Counted from the whole stretch's first letter, positions 33,621 through 48,936 are shown. The stretch is 63,796 bases of DNA, filler included, from Olpidium bornovanus S191 (GCA_017911155.1; 26 parts of 26 records of this genome joined end to end with filler, not necessarily neighbours in it); one strand, 5' to 3'. Notes: a model not told the origin generated them from the letters alone. Numbers and translations: made by a program.

Positions 33621-34857
33621 TCGAGAAACCCCCCTTCCCCCCCCCCCCCACCCGAACGCGCGGGAAAAAAAGAAATTCGAAGTTTTGGTTTCTTCCCCTT
33701 TTTTACCCTTCTTTTACTTTTTTTTTTCTTTTTTTCATCCCCGCGATATCCGCAAAACAGCAAAATCTGATACCGGACGCGCACCACAAGTAACCCCCCT
33801 CCCCCTCCCAAACTTCCTTTCCCCCCCTCCCCCGGGCGCCCGCCCGTTGCTAATCTGTCGCCATAACAACGGCGTCCGGCGCGCCGGCCATCTTCTGGCG
33901 TCGAAGAGCTCACAAAGAGAGGAGTCCTCGGGTTTAGGGGGCGTGACACAGTCGTGGTCAGGCGGGGCGCGAGGCAGCGGTGTCCACCGCGCGCCTCTGT
34001 TTTTTTTCTGATCTGCGGGACTTTCCCCGGGGGGACGCAAGCAAGGGGGCGTGCGCAAACGACGACGACGGCCACAGCACCAGAAAAAAAAATATCTTGA
34101 GAGATTTTCCCCAGAGCCCTCCGAGAGACCAGCAGTCGACCCCTTCCGACAAGTGGAAGTCTTCAGGGTGGGGTTTTGATGCCGACGGCGCGCCAAGGCG
34201 CTTTCTGATTGTTGTTGCCCCTTCCGTCACCTATTTGCTAGGGAGCTTGTTGATTTGTAAGTACCGGTAAAGTCATTTACACTTGTTGTTGTCCGCAGAT
34301 AGAGTGTGCAATTGCGTTCGCGTTGGTATCGCATTGCCATATTTGGCAAGTCACACCGGTGATAGGAATGTGCAGGTCGACACGCTACAATTAGCCCGCA
34401 GCAGCTTCAGGTAGGCGCAGGGAAAGCCGGACATGCAGTATCCTGAGAGCTTTCACGCTAGCACCCACCGGACGTACCGGGGCATGACTGCCTGCGGCGT
34501 GTGCCGGCGCGTCTGCACGGAGAGAGGGAGCGAGTTTCAGCGGCCTCTGGGTACGTGTTGGTACTGTATTCCTCCCCTGGATAAACCGAGAACATTCTCT
34601 CGCCCGCGCGGGTGGTGGTGGGGGCTGGTGGGGGGGGACAAAATGCACGGTGGGAGCAGGGGCCGCGCGACCAGCTGTCCCCCGGCGCGCGAACCTTTCC
34701 GGATTTTCTCACTATGAACGACCCCCCCTCCCCACCCCAGCCACACCCCCCATTAAAGGTGTACTTTCTGCCCCTATGCCCCAGACACCCCCCCATTTTA
34801 TATTTGGGAATTGATAGGTACTCCCCCTGTACAACCCCCCCCAGCCACCTCTCCACC

Positions 34858-35045
34858 TGTTGACTTCGGGTTGAAAAGAGGAGCCACAGGGCTCTTTTAT
34901 TCCTTGATTTTACCCAGTTTTATAGAGAGAGATTTAGGGGAAAGTCTCCGGTCCAGGGGTTGGATGTGCGCGGTGTCATGCGTGCTTTGCCCCCCCTTTT
35001 CTACACCCCGCCTCACTAAGCACATCCTAAACCTGTCTAGCTAAA
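34858..35045 (-). mobile_element. Probable 3' LTR of the adjacent copia element
   Basis: Follows the RNase H stop on the same strand; contains TATAAAA then AATAAAA and ends in AACA. The 5' TG terminus and PPT are degenerate. Confidence 0.55.
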
Positions 35046-35119
35046 TGCCGCCCATGGTCATATATGAAAGGGTCATTTATCCTTGTTTTCCCTTTTGATC
35101 TTTTCTGGACTTGGCGGTT

Positions 35120-35865
35120 TCACGTTTCCGCTTGGTCAGATCGTACCCCAAGCATCTCTCGGAACTTGGTGAATTTGATTCTGTCCAGCGGTCTGGTAAA
35201 AATATCTGCAGGATTCTCAGCCGACTTGACTCGCCAAATTTTGATGGTACCTTCGGCGACGCTCCATCGAAGGTGATGGAATTTTATCTCGATGTGTTTT
35301 GACCGGCGTGTCGCCTTGGTGTTGGACGCTAGTTCGGCGGCACCGTCGTTATCCATTCTGATACTCGTCAGACTGGCGGTTACTTGGGGGTCCATCTCAT
35401 GTAGGAGAAAGCGTAGCCATTGCACTTCTTGCGTGACGGCCGAGCCCGCGACGAACTCAGCCTCGCAGGATGATGTCGCAATACATGATTATCGCGAGGA
35501 CCTCCAAGATACTGGTCCTCCATTGTATAGTATCAACATCCCGGTAGTTGAGGCTCGGGTTTCTTGACAACCGGCCCAATCTGCGTTGCTGGACGCTTCT
35601 AATCTTGCTCCTTTTAGGCCTTTGTTGAATTTGATTCCATGTTCCATGGTCCCCTTCAGGTATCGCATAATCCTTTTGACGGCTCCCCAATGGCGTTCGT
35701 TTGGCTTCGCCATGAAGCACGCCAAGAAGGATGTGGCGAATGAAATGTCTGGTCGTGTCATCCTCGCCAACCAAAGGAGGGATCCAATTGCCGCAGCATA
35801 CTCCTGAGGTCCCGCGTCAACCTCTACTTGGTAGAGAGTCTCCATCGCGTCCTTTCCGAGCGGAG
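35120..35865 (-). mobile_element. Ty1/copia pol (RT C-terminus plus RNase H), inactivated
   Basis: YAAAIGSLLWLARMTRPDISFA, HWGAVKRIMRYLKGT, ADWAG..TRASTTG, SCIATSSCEAEF, MDNDGA, RSKHIEIKFH, SAENPADIFTRPL. One in-frame stop at 35489-91. Confidence 0.95.
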
Positions 35866-35980
35866 NNNNNNNNNNNNNNNNNNNNNNNNNNNNNNNNNNN
35901 NNNNNNNNNTTAATTAATTAANNNNNNNNNNNNNNNNNNNNNNNNNNNNNNNNNNNNNNNNNNNNCCCCGGCCCCCCCTT

Positions 35981-36091
<111 letters not shown>

Positions 36092-38046
36092 TCCTCCCCC
36101 TCCTCCTCCTCCTCCTCCTCCGCCCTTCCCTCACCCCGCCCGCCCGCCCCACACACCCAAACCCAAGGCGCATCCCTCCCCCCCGCGGGGCCAGGAGCGA
36201 AGCGGGAGACGCCCGGCAGCCCGGGGCCCCCGCCCACGCCCGCACTGGGAGGAGAAGAAGAAAAAAAAAAAAACATAAGCCAAGGCCCGTTTACCGCCCG
36301 CCCGCACGCACGCAGGCCGGAGAAGCTGGCCAAGGTGCCCCGCGCCGTCCGGATTGTGAAACAGCCCCTCTCCACGCTTCTCGTCCGAGAGCGGCCGCCG
36401 CCTTCTCGCTGAGAGCTCCCGTCCGGCTGCAGGTCGCCTCCACCCGTCTCTTCCGCTCCCCCCTTCCTCCGCCACTTCCCGGGCGGACTCCCAAACATGA
36501 CGTGTGAGTCTGAGACGAGAGAGCAGCGGGCAACCTGCGGGCGCTCCGTTTCGCGGAGAGACGTGCCCGTCGCGTAGTTCGCAGTATCCTATTAGGATCG
36601 GGAGCTTCCCCTGGTGTCATCGCTGACCACAGGGCCTTCTCTTTATACTGAAACGCAACTTGATGGCCTTGTTTGTCTGTGTGGTCCGTACGAACCGGGC
36701 CGTCCGCCGCGTGCAGTCAGGTGAGAAAATTGCGTTTTCCGATAACGGACGCGGTGTGCTTGCTGGGGAGGAAAACGCCGTGGACTGGACCGCGCCACCG
36801 TGTATAGGCTTTTTATGCCTCCCTTCCTTGGACAACCCAGATTCCTCCACCTAATACGGCCTTTTATGGCCATATTGCCGGAGATAGCCGCGCCCGAGCG
36901 AAAGGTTTTGTGACGCGCTCCCCCCCCCCGCATATCGCCGCTTTTTGCTGTTGCTTGGAGTGGAGGAACACTTCTTCCGCGACTCGGTTCGCCCCACCGC
37001 CACCCGCCTCACTCCCTGCTTGTGCACCCGCTTCTCCTATGCACGAACACAGGTGCCTTTCCGGTCAAAGGNNNNNNNNNNNNNNNNNNNNNNNNNNNNN
37101 NNNNNNNNNNNNNNNTTAATTAATTAANNNNNNNNNNNNNNNNNNNNNNNNNNNNNNNNNNNNNNNNNNNNCCACAGATACGGCGCGGAATTAAAGGCTG
37201 CGGGAAGCGCGGCGAAGGTTCGCTCCGGCTGTGCTGCGTACCGGGCAAGCGCCGGGAGGCAATGTCACGGCTAGTTGTGCTGGGCCCTCATGATAATTAA
37301 TTTTCGTAAGCCCTCCCCAAAATAAATTTAAAGTTGTGGAAAACTCTTTCCGCCGCGCTGAGCGCCAAGTAACCACCCCTCCCTTCCCCCTCACTCCCTC
37401 GCGAGCGGAAGCGGCGGAAACTGACGCGCTTGCTAGCGATGGGTTGGGGGGGGGGGGGGGGGGGAAGGGGGGGGGGAGCGAGTGGGCGGGTGGTTAATCT
37501 CATTGTGCTAATATTTTCGCCACTAATAATTCGCGCACAACAAAGCAGCACAACCCGCCTACCCCACGCACAACGTTCAAAACCCCCCCCCGACTTCGTA
37601 ATGTCCTGTATACATCACGCTAATTTTCGTGACATTACGTACGTCGCGCCGCCTGTTTTCAGTTAAAACGCCTCGGCCTGCCGGCCCCTGTACTACCGTC
37701 TTCCTCCCCACTTTTTTTCCCTCGCCGCTGCGATGCAGGCAGCCTGCGTGGCTGGGTTTACCCACCCCGCTGTCGGCGCCCCTCTCAGGGGCGAGAAAGA
37801 AGGGGGGGTAGGCAGCTCGTGTGGCTTATCGCGTCTCGGTGTTGCTCCCGGTCCGGGAAAGGCCCGGTTTAATGGCGCAAAAGTATAATGAAAAAGTGTT
37901 ATTCAGTCACAACGAGAAATGTTCTCAGCGAAAGTATCCTACGGTTTTACGCATTCTCAGAGCTTGCGTCAAATCGTCAGATTCTGCGTCAGAGTCTGCA
38001 TCAAATTCGGCGAAGTAGGCCAAGACGAACGTCTCGTTTGCCGCAT

Positions 38047-38238
38047 TGTCCAATTATTTCTGGCGGCGGCAGCTATGACCGTGCGTAGTGCGGTAGCCGA
38101 GACCACCGGCGAAAAAAATGTCCAATTATTTCTGGCGGCGGCAGCTATGACCGTGCGTAGTGCGGTAGCCGAGACCACCGGCGAAAAAAATGTCCAATTA
38201 TTTCTGGCAGCGGCAGCTATGACCGTGCGTAGTGCGGT
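38047..38238. repeat. 72-bp tandem repeat, about 2.7 copies
   Basis: Units start at 38047, 38119, 38191 (TGTCCAATTATTTCTGGCGGCGGCAGCTATGACC...); one substitution in the third copy. Confidence 0.97.
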
Positions 38239-38628
38239 TCTAATTTCTGCACCCGGCTGGAAGATACTGACGAAAACTGGGAGACCGTGCGGATGGCCCG
38301 AGAGAGGACCACTTCTGTGGCAGACGACGTCATTCCTCCAAGCAAATCTGAATCGGACGAAGCAGCCGTGATGACAACAGAGACTGTACTTGTCCACACT
38401 TTCAATGGCATGACCGAGATGGAGGAATTGCGTTGCGGCGGTGAACAACCTGACGGCCAAGGCTCGCGCCGAGTATTTGGGAAGGACCAAATACGTGGCA
38501 AGAAGAAGTTCAACACTTCTTCTCAGAANNNNNNNNNNNNNNNNNNNNNNNNNNNNNNNNNNNNNNNNNNNNTTAATTAATTAANNNNNNNNNNNNNNNN
38601 NNNNNNNNNNNNNNNNNNNNNNNNNNNN

Positions 38629-39807
38629 CGGCGCGCGCTTGTGTAGCAGGCCGCCTACGAGGAGAAAACGCGCAAGTTGCCGACGCAAACGCGGGGAAAG
38701 AGAGGAGGGGTCCTCGTGCTCGAGAGCGTGACCGATGGTGACTAGATCGGCGTCCACGGGGTGAAACTTTGGTGAGATCTGAAGCGGGGACACTCGTCCG
38801 GGCGGCAACGTCCCTCGCGCGGCGACTCGGACCGCAAATACCGGCCAACGAGGGCTCCCGACAGCAACACGGTTGTCTGTGTATCCAAGTAGAAACAAAT
38901 CGAAATCCCGCGGAAAGGCGACGGGGTGGTCAATAGCATGGGCCGCGACGGCGGGAAACCAGTCTGCCGTCGCCCAGACGGGAATCAGGAGCGTGATCCT
39001 TGCGTCGTCAGACTTGACCTTGTTCAGGATGCGCCATAATGTGGCGGACTCGAAAGGAGGGTTGGCCCATCCGTTTTCGACCGACCAGTTGAGAGAGAAG
39101 GCGTCTGTAGCGACGGCGTCGGCCTCCGGCTTGAGCGAGGCATACCGGGGAAGCTGGCGGTTACGGGCAGACGCGAAAAGATCGATTGTATGTGGACCCC
39201 AACGAGCATCCAAAGCTGCGAACCAGGCTGGGTGCAACTTCCAACCAGTAGTGTGCGAACGTGAAGCGAGGAACGACGAAGCGTCGTCAGGGAGAGGCGG
39301 GCGATAGGCCACTGAAGAAACGAGAGGCTCCGGCATTGGAACAACACTTCCATCAGGGGGGCGAAGCCCGCCCCCGATGTCATCACTTACCGGCAAAAGA
39401 ACTTTGTCCTTGACGTCGTTTCTGTGTCCTTCTTTGAAGGCATCGTCAAGCGAGCGATCCGACATAAAACGATATGCCAAACGATATGACGACGCGGGCA
39501 AACGGTCCAACGCGGCGCTGGTGTTGTTGAGGCCGCAAAGAACCTTGTCCTCGACGCCGTCGTCGAGCAAACAATCCAAACGATCCAACGCGGCGGCGTG
39601 CTTCCAAGTACTTCCACGCGAGAGGCAAGGTGGCTACCTTCCCTTCTTCCTTCAGGTATTTCCATTCCGTGGCCGGGTTCTTTTCAAGTACGCCGCGCAG
39701 GAAGGCCAAGATCTGCTTTTCCAGACGCAGAGTGCGCTCATCTGCCGGCGCAGGCTGTCCTCGCGACAGAGGCTCTCTGTCAGCGATCGCTTGAAGGAGC
39801 TCCGGAC
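38629..39807 (-). mobile_element. DIRS/tyrosine-recombinase retrotransposon-like fragment: gag-like ORF overlapping a Dam-like N6-adenine methyltransferase ORF
   Basis: WKLHPAWFAALDARWGPHTIDLFASARN, DAFSLNW, WANPPF, ITLLIPVWATADWF match the DIRS MT domain. An upstream overlapping frame (39805-39446) is helical then Arg-rich, like gag. Confidence 0.8.
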
Positions 39808-39908
39808 NNNNNNNNNNNNNNNNNNNNNNNNNNNNNNNNNNNNNNNNNNNNTTAATTAATTAANNNNNNNNNNNNNNNNNNNNNNNNNNNNNNNNNNNNN
39901 NNNNNNNC

Positions 39909-41067
39909 ATGAAGCCGAAAGAGCTACGAAGGGTCTTGGCGGTGAGAAAATTGCATCCTTCCTCTCAGAGGGCGCTCTACACTCCGACGTCTGCTTGATC
40001 TGACCCTAGGAAATTCGAAAGTTATGCGGACTGAAAAACGATGACGACGTACCGTCAATGGAACGACGTCATCGCGAATTTGCGACGCGGTGGAACGCGA
40101 ACTGCGACTCGGCGACCCCGAAAAGCAAAGCGCGCATCGTGAAAGAAGTGGAGGCGTGGGAGCAGGTTCGAACGAACGAAGCGAAGACTAAGGGCGATGC
40201 GACGAAAGTCTCCGCGCCGGCGGGCAAGCTGGAGAGCGAGCTTGCCTTGAAGCAACATTATATCCTTATCTTATTGCTTGGCCTACTAAAATCGCCATTT
40301 TGCTTCAGTGAGTTGAGCTGTTACAAGGCCTCGACACGTTGCGTGTATTTTTTTTTGTTTCTCGTGTTCCACCAGCCAACTACAAGGACCAGTTCGACGA
40401 GCTGCTGAGGCAGGCGCGGGCGTCTTCCCACCGGCGTGATGCGGTACCTGCGAACCTGGAAGTGCCCTCGACTACCGCGGAGACACGCCCGGCAGCTACG
40501 TTGGGCGTCGGGCCGCCGCGCTCCACTGAGAACGACGACTCTTCGGTCGTTGTTACGCTTTCTGGCATCTCCTCTCCGCCGCCGCTCGGCGAAGCGCGAA
40601 GGAAAAGGTCTCGGTCCGGATCACCACCGCGTTCTCGCCCTGGCTCTCGGGAGACGTTGTCGAGCCCCGTGCCGCACGCTACCGCGGGACGAAAGCGTCA
40701 GGCAGTCGATGACCGGATTTCGAGGGGGGCAGACAGAGCGGTGCTGCAGCGTTGGGTGGAGGAGCACCACGGGCGCGACTGGTATCTGGGTGATGTCGAC
40801 AACGGACCCGTCCACTTGCGTGTCCTATCCGACGGCCTGGTGTGGCCGGGGTCGTTGGAAGGGGCTGACTTCGCGGTCAGGAACCGCATATCTGAGGAAT
40901 GGTGCCACCCGATTGGCACCACGGACGCGGGACAGTCGGTTTGTGTGGGGGCGAGCGGCGTGGTTTACGTCCTCGTCAAAGGCGCCGACAGTAATTCCCG
41001 GATGAAGAACGTGGGCACCTGGAGGGACATTTTCGAGCACAGATCACAGCGGCGCTTCGGCACGTAG
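39909..41067 (+). CDS. RAD18: RAD18 E3 ligase, SAP domain and C-terminal region, 5' truncated
   Basis: MKPKELRRVLA|EIRKLCGL...MERRHREFATRWNANCDSATPKSKARIVKEVEAWE matches the RAD18 SAP signature RRHxEFxxxxNAxCD; NYKDQFDELLRQAR follows in the next exon. Confidence 0.8.
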
Positions 41068-42419
41068 GGACATCATTTTTGCGGCCTGCTCTCTCTCTCT
41101 CCGGTTCTTTATCGGTCGTTTTCTTCCGCTGTTATATCTGCCGGTCTCTGCCCGGTTTTTCCCAACGCCTGTTTGTCGAAACCCTGCTGATTTTCGCGGG
41201 CCATATCCTCATTGGAGTTTCCACGTTCCGTTCGATAATTTGAGAGCCGGTCGGCTTTTGCGCAAGACGAGGAGGTTGATGCGCGCGGCGAACCTCTTGG
41301 GACTGCTGGTGGAATTTCGGCTTCTGCCGGTTTGCTTTCCTCGTCCTCGAATCTGACGAAAAGTCGCCGTTCGCGCCCTCGGATTCGCCTGGAAACCGAA
41401 TCCTGGATGACGAAAACAAAAAAAAAAAAAAAGAAACATGAACCCTGCAGGACAGAATGCGTGGCCGAATGGTGTTGCTCAGCAGCCCTTGCGGCGGAAG
41501 GAAAAAGGAAAAGAACCCGAACAGGCGAACGGTTTTGGTCCAGCTTTAGACAGGATTTTTTTTTGCCGCCCAATCTCAAGTTTGCACCCCTTGGAACGGC
41601 AGCCCTCCACACGTGCTGCTGCTGCTGTCCTCGTGTCCGGGGAGTTTCTTTCGTCCTGCCTCCGAGTCTCTCTCTGTTCGTTCTCCTCGAACAGAACTTT
41701 TTTTTTTTTGTTTCAAGAATACCGAGTTCGGACCCGCGAGGGTTGTTTGGTGGGTGTTTGAAGGGTTTTGCCAAACATTTGATGCGGGGCGGTGAGTGAC
41801 GTAAAAAGGAAGACAGGCCCGCACCACCCCTTCCCCCCCAAAAAAAAAAAATAAAATAAAATAAAAAGAAAAAACAGTTTCTCGGCGTTTGGCAGCGCCG
41901 AGGGGCGATACGGAAAATCCCTTTTTTATTTTGAAAGGCAGGAAAAGGTCGTGGTTGAAGGCGAACCGCGGGGTTGGGTGGGGTGCGGGGAGGGCAATCG
42001 TGCCCGTAAGCTCGCGCGCGCGAGGTCCCCCGGCCCCTCCCGTCGGAACACGGACACAGGGGGGGAAAGGCCGGGGCGTGCTCATTACCCTGTGATTATA
42101 TTTTTTTTTTCGACCTGCCAGAGGACACGCACTGGCAAAACCGGGTACAAAAACGGCCCGCTTCTCTTCTTTCGCGTCCCGCCGAAGTGCAGGTGATTCA
42201 TGTCCCTGAAGTGCCCCGCGAATCGGCACTCTCCTAGAAGTGACGTTTGAAGAGAAAACCCCGCAGGCGCGGCAGAAAGAAGAGGGAAGAAGATCACGGA
42301 GCCCTCGGACGGAAAACTCNNNNNNNNNNNNNNNNNNNNNNNNNNNNNNNNNNNNNNNNNNNNTTAATTAATTAANNNNNNNNNNNNNNNNNNNNNNNNN
42401 NNNNNNNNNNNNNNNNNNN

Positions 42420-43255
42420 CATGGTTCGCGCCAAAAGGTCGCTCGCTCTTGTCCCTGCGTAGTTTTGGTCTTCCGCGTGTTGCTCGATAGCGAGTTCCTC
42501 GATTGTGGCACGGTGGTCGGCGAGTTGTCGCTGCAGCGCTTCAACTTGTCGTTTGAGTGTGGCGTTTTCTGCATCCTTGCCTTCCGCCTCTCGCTTCGCC
42601 TTTTCCTTCTCTCTTTGGAGGAGAACGGAGTCCACTATCCGCTGAGAGCGGACGGACAGCCTTGACAACCTTGACGTTTGGGAGAGCGCGGAGATGGCCG
42701 AGTTCCGTGAAGTGCTGCGCTCCCGGGTTGACGTCCTTCTAGCCACTTGAGGGCTCTGGTGTTGTCTTCCTCTCTGCTCTGCTGGGGTTTCGAGGTCCCC
42801 GAGTAGAGCTCCGGCCTCTTCGTTCTCGCTCTTTACGGTCCTTCTCCAGCAACTTCCATGGCCGCGTCCATGGTTGCGTGGGACGCGTCCATGGTTGCGT
42901 GTGGCGAGTACGGCGGTGTCGTACTTCCCATGGCTGGTACCTCCGCCGCGTTCTTTCCTATGGCAGGGAGTCTACGGGTTGGGCTCATGGCTGGTACTTC
43001 CGCCGCGTTCTTTCCTTTGGCAGGGAGTCTACGGGTTGGGCTCATAACCTGTTAAAGCCGAGCGGGAGGAGAAGGCGAAGAAGATGCGCCGCGGGACCAC
43101 GAGAACGGCGGGGAGGAAGGAGAACTGTATTCGGGGCGTTTGTTTACTAGTCTCCCCTGGCCCTTTTTCTATATGGCGGGAACTAAGAACTCTACAAAGG
43201 GGCAACGGGGGCGCGCAGTGCGTCTCCGCCCCCTGGCGCCCCTTTATTTCCAACA
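42420..43255 (-). mobile_element. 5' end of a Ty1/copia element: 206-bp LTR (43255-43050), PBS (43049-43038), frameshifted gag-like region
   Basis: LTR begins TGTTG and ends TAACA with an internal TATAG..AAAAA. It is followed immediately by GGTTATGAGCCC. Downstream is a coiled-coil ORF (LQREKEKAKREAE...LQRQLADH). Confidence 0.85.
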
Positions 43256-43761
43256 TTTCCCCCCTCCCCTCCCCCCTCCCCCCACAAAAAATTGAACCAC
43301 CCCCGCCTCGCTGATACCCGCTCGGCTGGACTTTCCGGGGGCACTGATATTTCTCGCCTGGAGCAGGAACCTAAAAACAAAAAAGAAAAAAAAAAAAAAA
43401 AAAAGGAAAGAAAAAAGAAAAGGGAAGGACGTTGCTGTGTGTAGGCTGAGATGCGGGCCGAGGCTTTTGCGGGCTGAGGTGCGGCCCGAGATTACGAAGA
43501 CCGACGGCGGCGGAGTGGCGGCGACGGAACCAAGGACGGTACCGCGAGCTGCGTGCCGGCGGGGGGGGGGAGGGAGGAGANNNNNNNNNNNNNNNNNNNN
43601 NNNNNNNNNNNNNNNNNNNNNNNNTTAATTAATTAANNNNNNNNNNNNNNNNNNNNNNNNNNNNNNNNNNNNNNNNNNNNAAGGGGCCAAAAGCACACAG
43701 GCTTAGATTTAGGGACATGCGCGCGCGGTGCGCGCCGTCCAAAACAGTTGCTCAAAAATCA

Positions 43762-46450
<2,689 letters not shown>

Positions 46451-47565
46451 CCCCGATCGGTGGTGGCGCTGGTGGGTGGCGGGAATTACTGGCGGCGGCC
46501 GTTCCCGGCTCTGCTCGCTTCAGACCGGTGGCGCAGGTCACGTGATCCATGTCCGGCGTGGGAGTAGGCCGTCGCTTGGACGGGCGAAGAGACACACTGT
46601 CACTCACTGTCGCTTCGCTCGCGCTGTGCCAGACTCCTGATCGACTCGCTCAAGTTTAGCAATGTTTTCGTTTATTTTTAGTTGATTCCACTGATCGACA
46701 ACGACATCGCCAATCGGCAAAGCTTCAATATCGACCTTTCCCAGGTAACCGCCTGTACTGCTCTCTATTGTGCCTTCTATATCTAATATCAACTTGCGTT
46801 TGGGCGCACCCCTCCAGTTATGTCAGCAAACAATTGTTATCAGGGAGTCTTAGGTACTGCAGGGAGCTCAGCAACATTGGGAAGGTGGCAGGCAGGTGGT
46901 ATAGTATGGGCAATGGGAAATAGGCTTTGTTACTCTCAAAGGCGTTAAAGTGCGAGACATACACACCAAAAAGCGAACCAGACACCCACATGTNNNNNNN
47001 NNNNNNNNNNNNNNNNNNNNNNNNNNNNNNNNNNNNNTTAATTAATTAANNNNNNNNNNNNNNNNNNNNNNNNNNNNNNNNNNNNNNNNNNNNCATGAGA
47101 TAGCGATGCATCGCCAGGAATAAGGCAATGCACGGATAATGGTGTCAGAACGAGAGGTCTTTTGGGCCAAGGAGTTTGCTGGTTGGCGGCTCGTTGGGAG
47201 ACGGGTGGTGGCGTGGGCTGAGCTGTAGGCACTGCGCGCACGCAGCCCGCGTTACCCCTGCGTAGATTCCTTAGTCGCCGCCATATAACAAAGAGCCAGG
47301 GGAAACTGTCATAGTTAACAAACGCCCCGAATGCAAGTTCTCCTTTCTTCGCCTTCTTCTTCGGCTCCGCCCGCTCCAACAGGGAGGTGGGTGGGGGGAA
47401 GGGGCGGGGAAGCGGGGGCGGGGAAGCGGGGGCGGGGAAGCGGGCGGGGGGGAGTTCCTGTTCCCGTTTCCCCAATCACCCACTCCGACCGCCACCACGC
47501 CGGCGAAACGCGTGTCCGTCCCTTTGCTCGTCAAACATTATCCGGCAAGACGAAGAAAGCGAAAA

Positions 47566-48936
47566 TGATGTCCGCTGGCCGCAGCAGGTTCCTCCTTGCC
47601 TGTGGGGTTGCCTTTGCCGCACTGCCGCTGCCGAAAGCAGATGCCCTCACCATAGGTGCGGCGAGCAAAAGCGAGAACGGAAACATCGAAGAAGGACGGC
47701 CGAAGGCCGCAGAGGGCGGGCAGCGGAGGCTCCGTTTTAGGCGCGCCTTGCTTCCACGCGCGAAGCCTCGTCCCGGCCGGAGAAGTCCACTTGCAAGACG
47801 GCGTTGGAGGGTCGTATGCGATGGCAAACAATGCCAAAGTGCACGGTTTCCAGGACCGTGGCAGCGAAGCACGGTTAAAATGTATATCCTGACGTCCGCT
47901 GGCTAAAGACAACCCGTGATCCTTTTTCTGCCTGCGTCACGCCGTGTGCGCACCCCCAAATTCACACGCCCCAGATCTCGGCGCGTACGAGAAGCTCTGC
48001 TTCTTTGAGACTGCGGAGACCGCAGACTCGCTCACGTTCACGTTTCAGGTAGGGCCGGATCACCTGTAAATCAATGTCCGCGCGACTTCGCAGTGCCACC
48101 ACTATCTGGCACGTTATCACGACGAAGTTCTTGTTGTGCCACCTTCCCCCTGACGCGCTGGCGTGGAACTTACGAAAAGCACTGTCGCTTTCGCAGACTA
48201 GCAAAGTGCATAGTCAAGGCTTTATAGGTGCATAATAGGCTTTGGTTAGCTAGAGTGAGAGAAGGCCCGTCTGCACACTGACAAATCAAACAACCGGCCG
48301 GTCTGGAAACCGTCTGGAACTGCGCTGGCCAGATTTCACAGTAACTGGAGTGAACGGCGGTGTGGTGGCCGCGGCAATGAACAAGGCCGACGGCGTCCAG
48401 TACGTCTTCTCGCTTTTTAACCTCGCTTTATGAGCCGAAGAAGGCTGGAGCTGAACCCAGTGCTATAACGCCCCCACCTCCCTCTCTCCTCCCTTTCTTC
48501 CACAGCACCATTCAGGCCGACTTCCCCGGCAAGTACCAGTACTGCTTCAGTAACGAACGGTGGGCGGACGCAAACAAGCGGGTGTCGTTCAATGTGCACG
48601 TAATTCGCAAGGCAGACGACGTAAACGGTGAGTGCTTTCTCGAGGGTCGTTCTGCGGGCGTCTGAGACGTCTTGTCGCTCGAATTTGAATCAATGCTCCG
48701 AGCTTCGCTCTAATGAATGATGTTCGCGCCGCTAAACGCGCTGACGGTTCACCAGCCGTCACCGACCCCCTGGAGTCGGAGATCCGTAAGCTCTCTCAAG
48801 CCGTTTCATATATGGAAGACGAACAGCAGTACATTATGATGCGTGAGGCAGAACACCGGAACAGTACGCACCAATTTCGGCTTCACCTTTGTCTTTCCTG
48901 TTGTTCGCTACGTGATTGGCACAGACCAAGATCATG
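47566..48936 (+). CDS. EMP24: p24/GOLD cargo receptor (Emp24/TMED2-like), multi-exon, 3' truncated
   Basis: Signal peptide, LTI|DLGAYEKLCFFE, GKYQYCFSNE..KRVSFNVH, DPLESEIRKL...EDEQQYIMMREAEHRN. Confidence 0.88.

Noticed and set aside
34280-34833. Second LTR starting TGT at 34833 after a G-rich tract
   Set aside because: No clear 3' terminus or second copy in the window; the 34858-35045 segment fits the copia 3' LTR better.
38047-38238. CRISPR array
   Set aside because: Units are head-to-tail with no unique spacers, no cas genes are present, and the context is eukaryotic.
46604-46792. Small ORF upstream of the SPX gene as a regulatory partner
   Set aside because: No ATG start and no recognisable motif; more likely the 3' end of an unrelated truncated gene.
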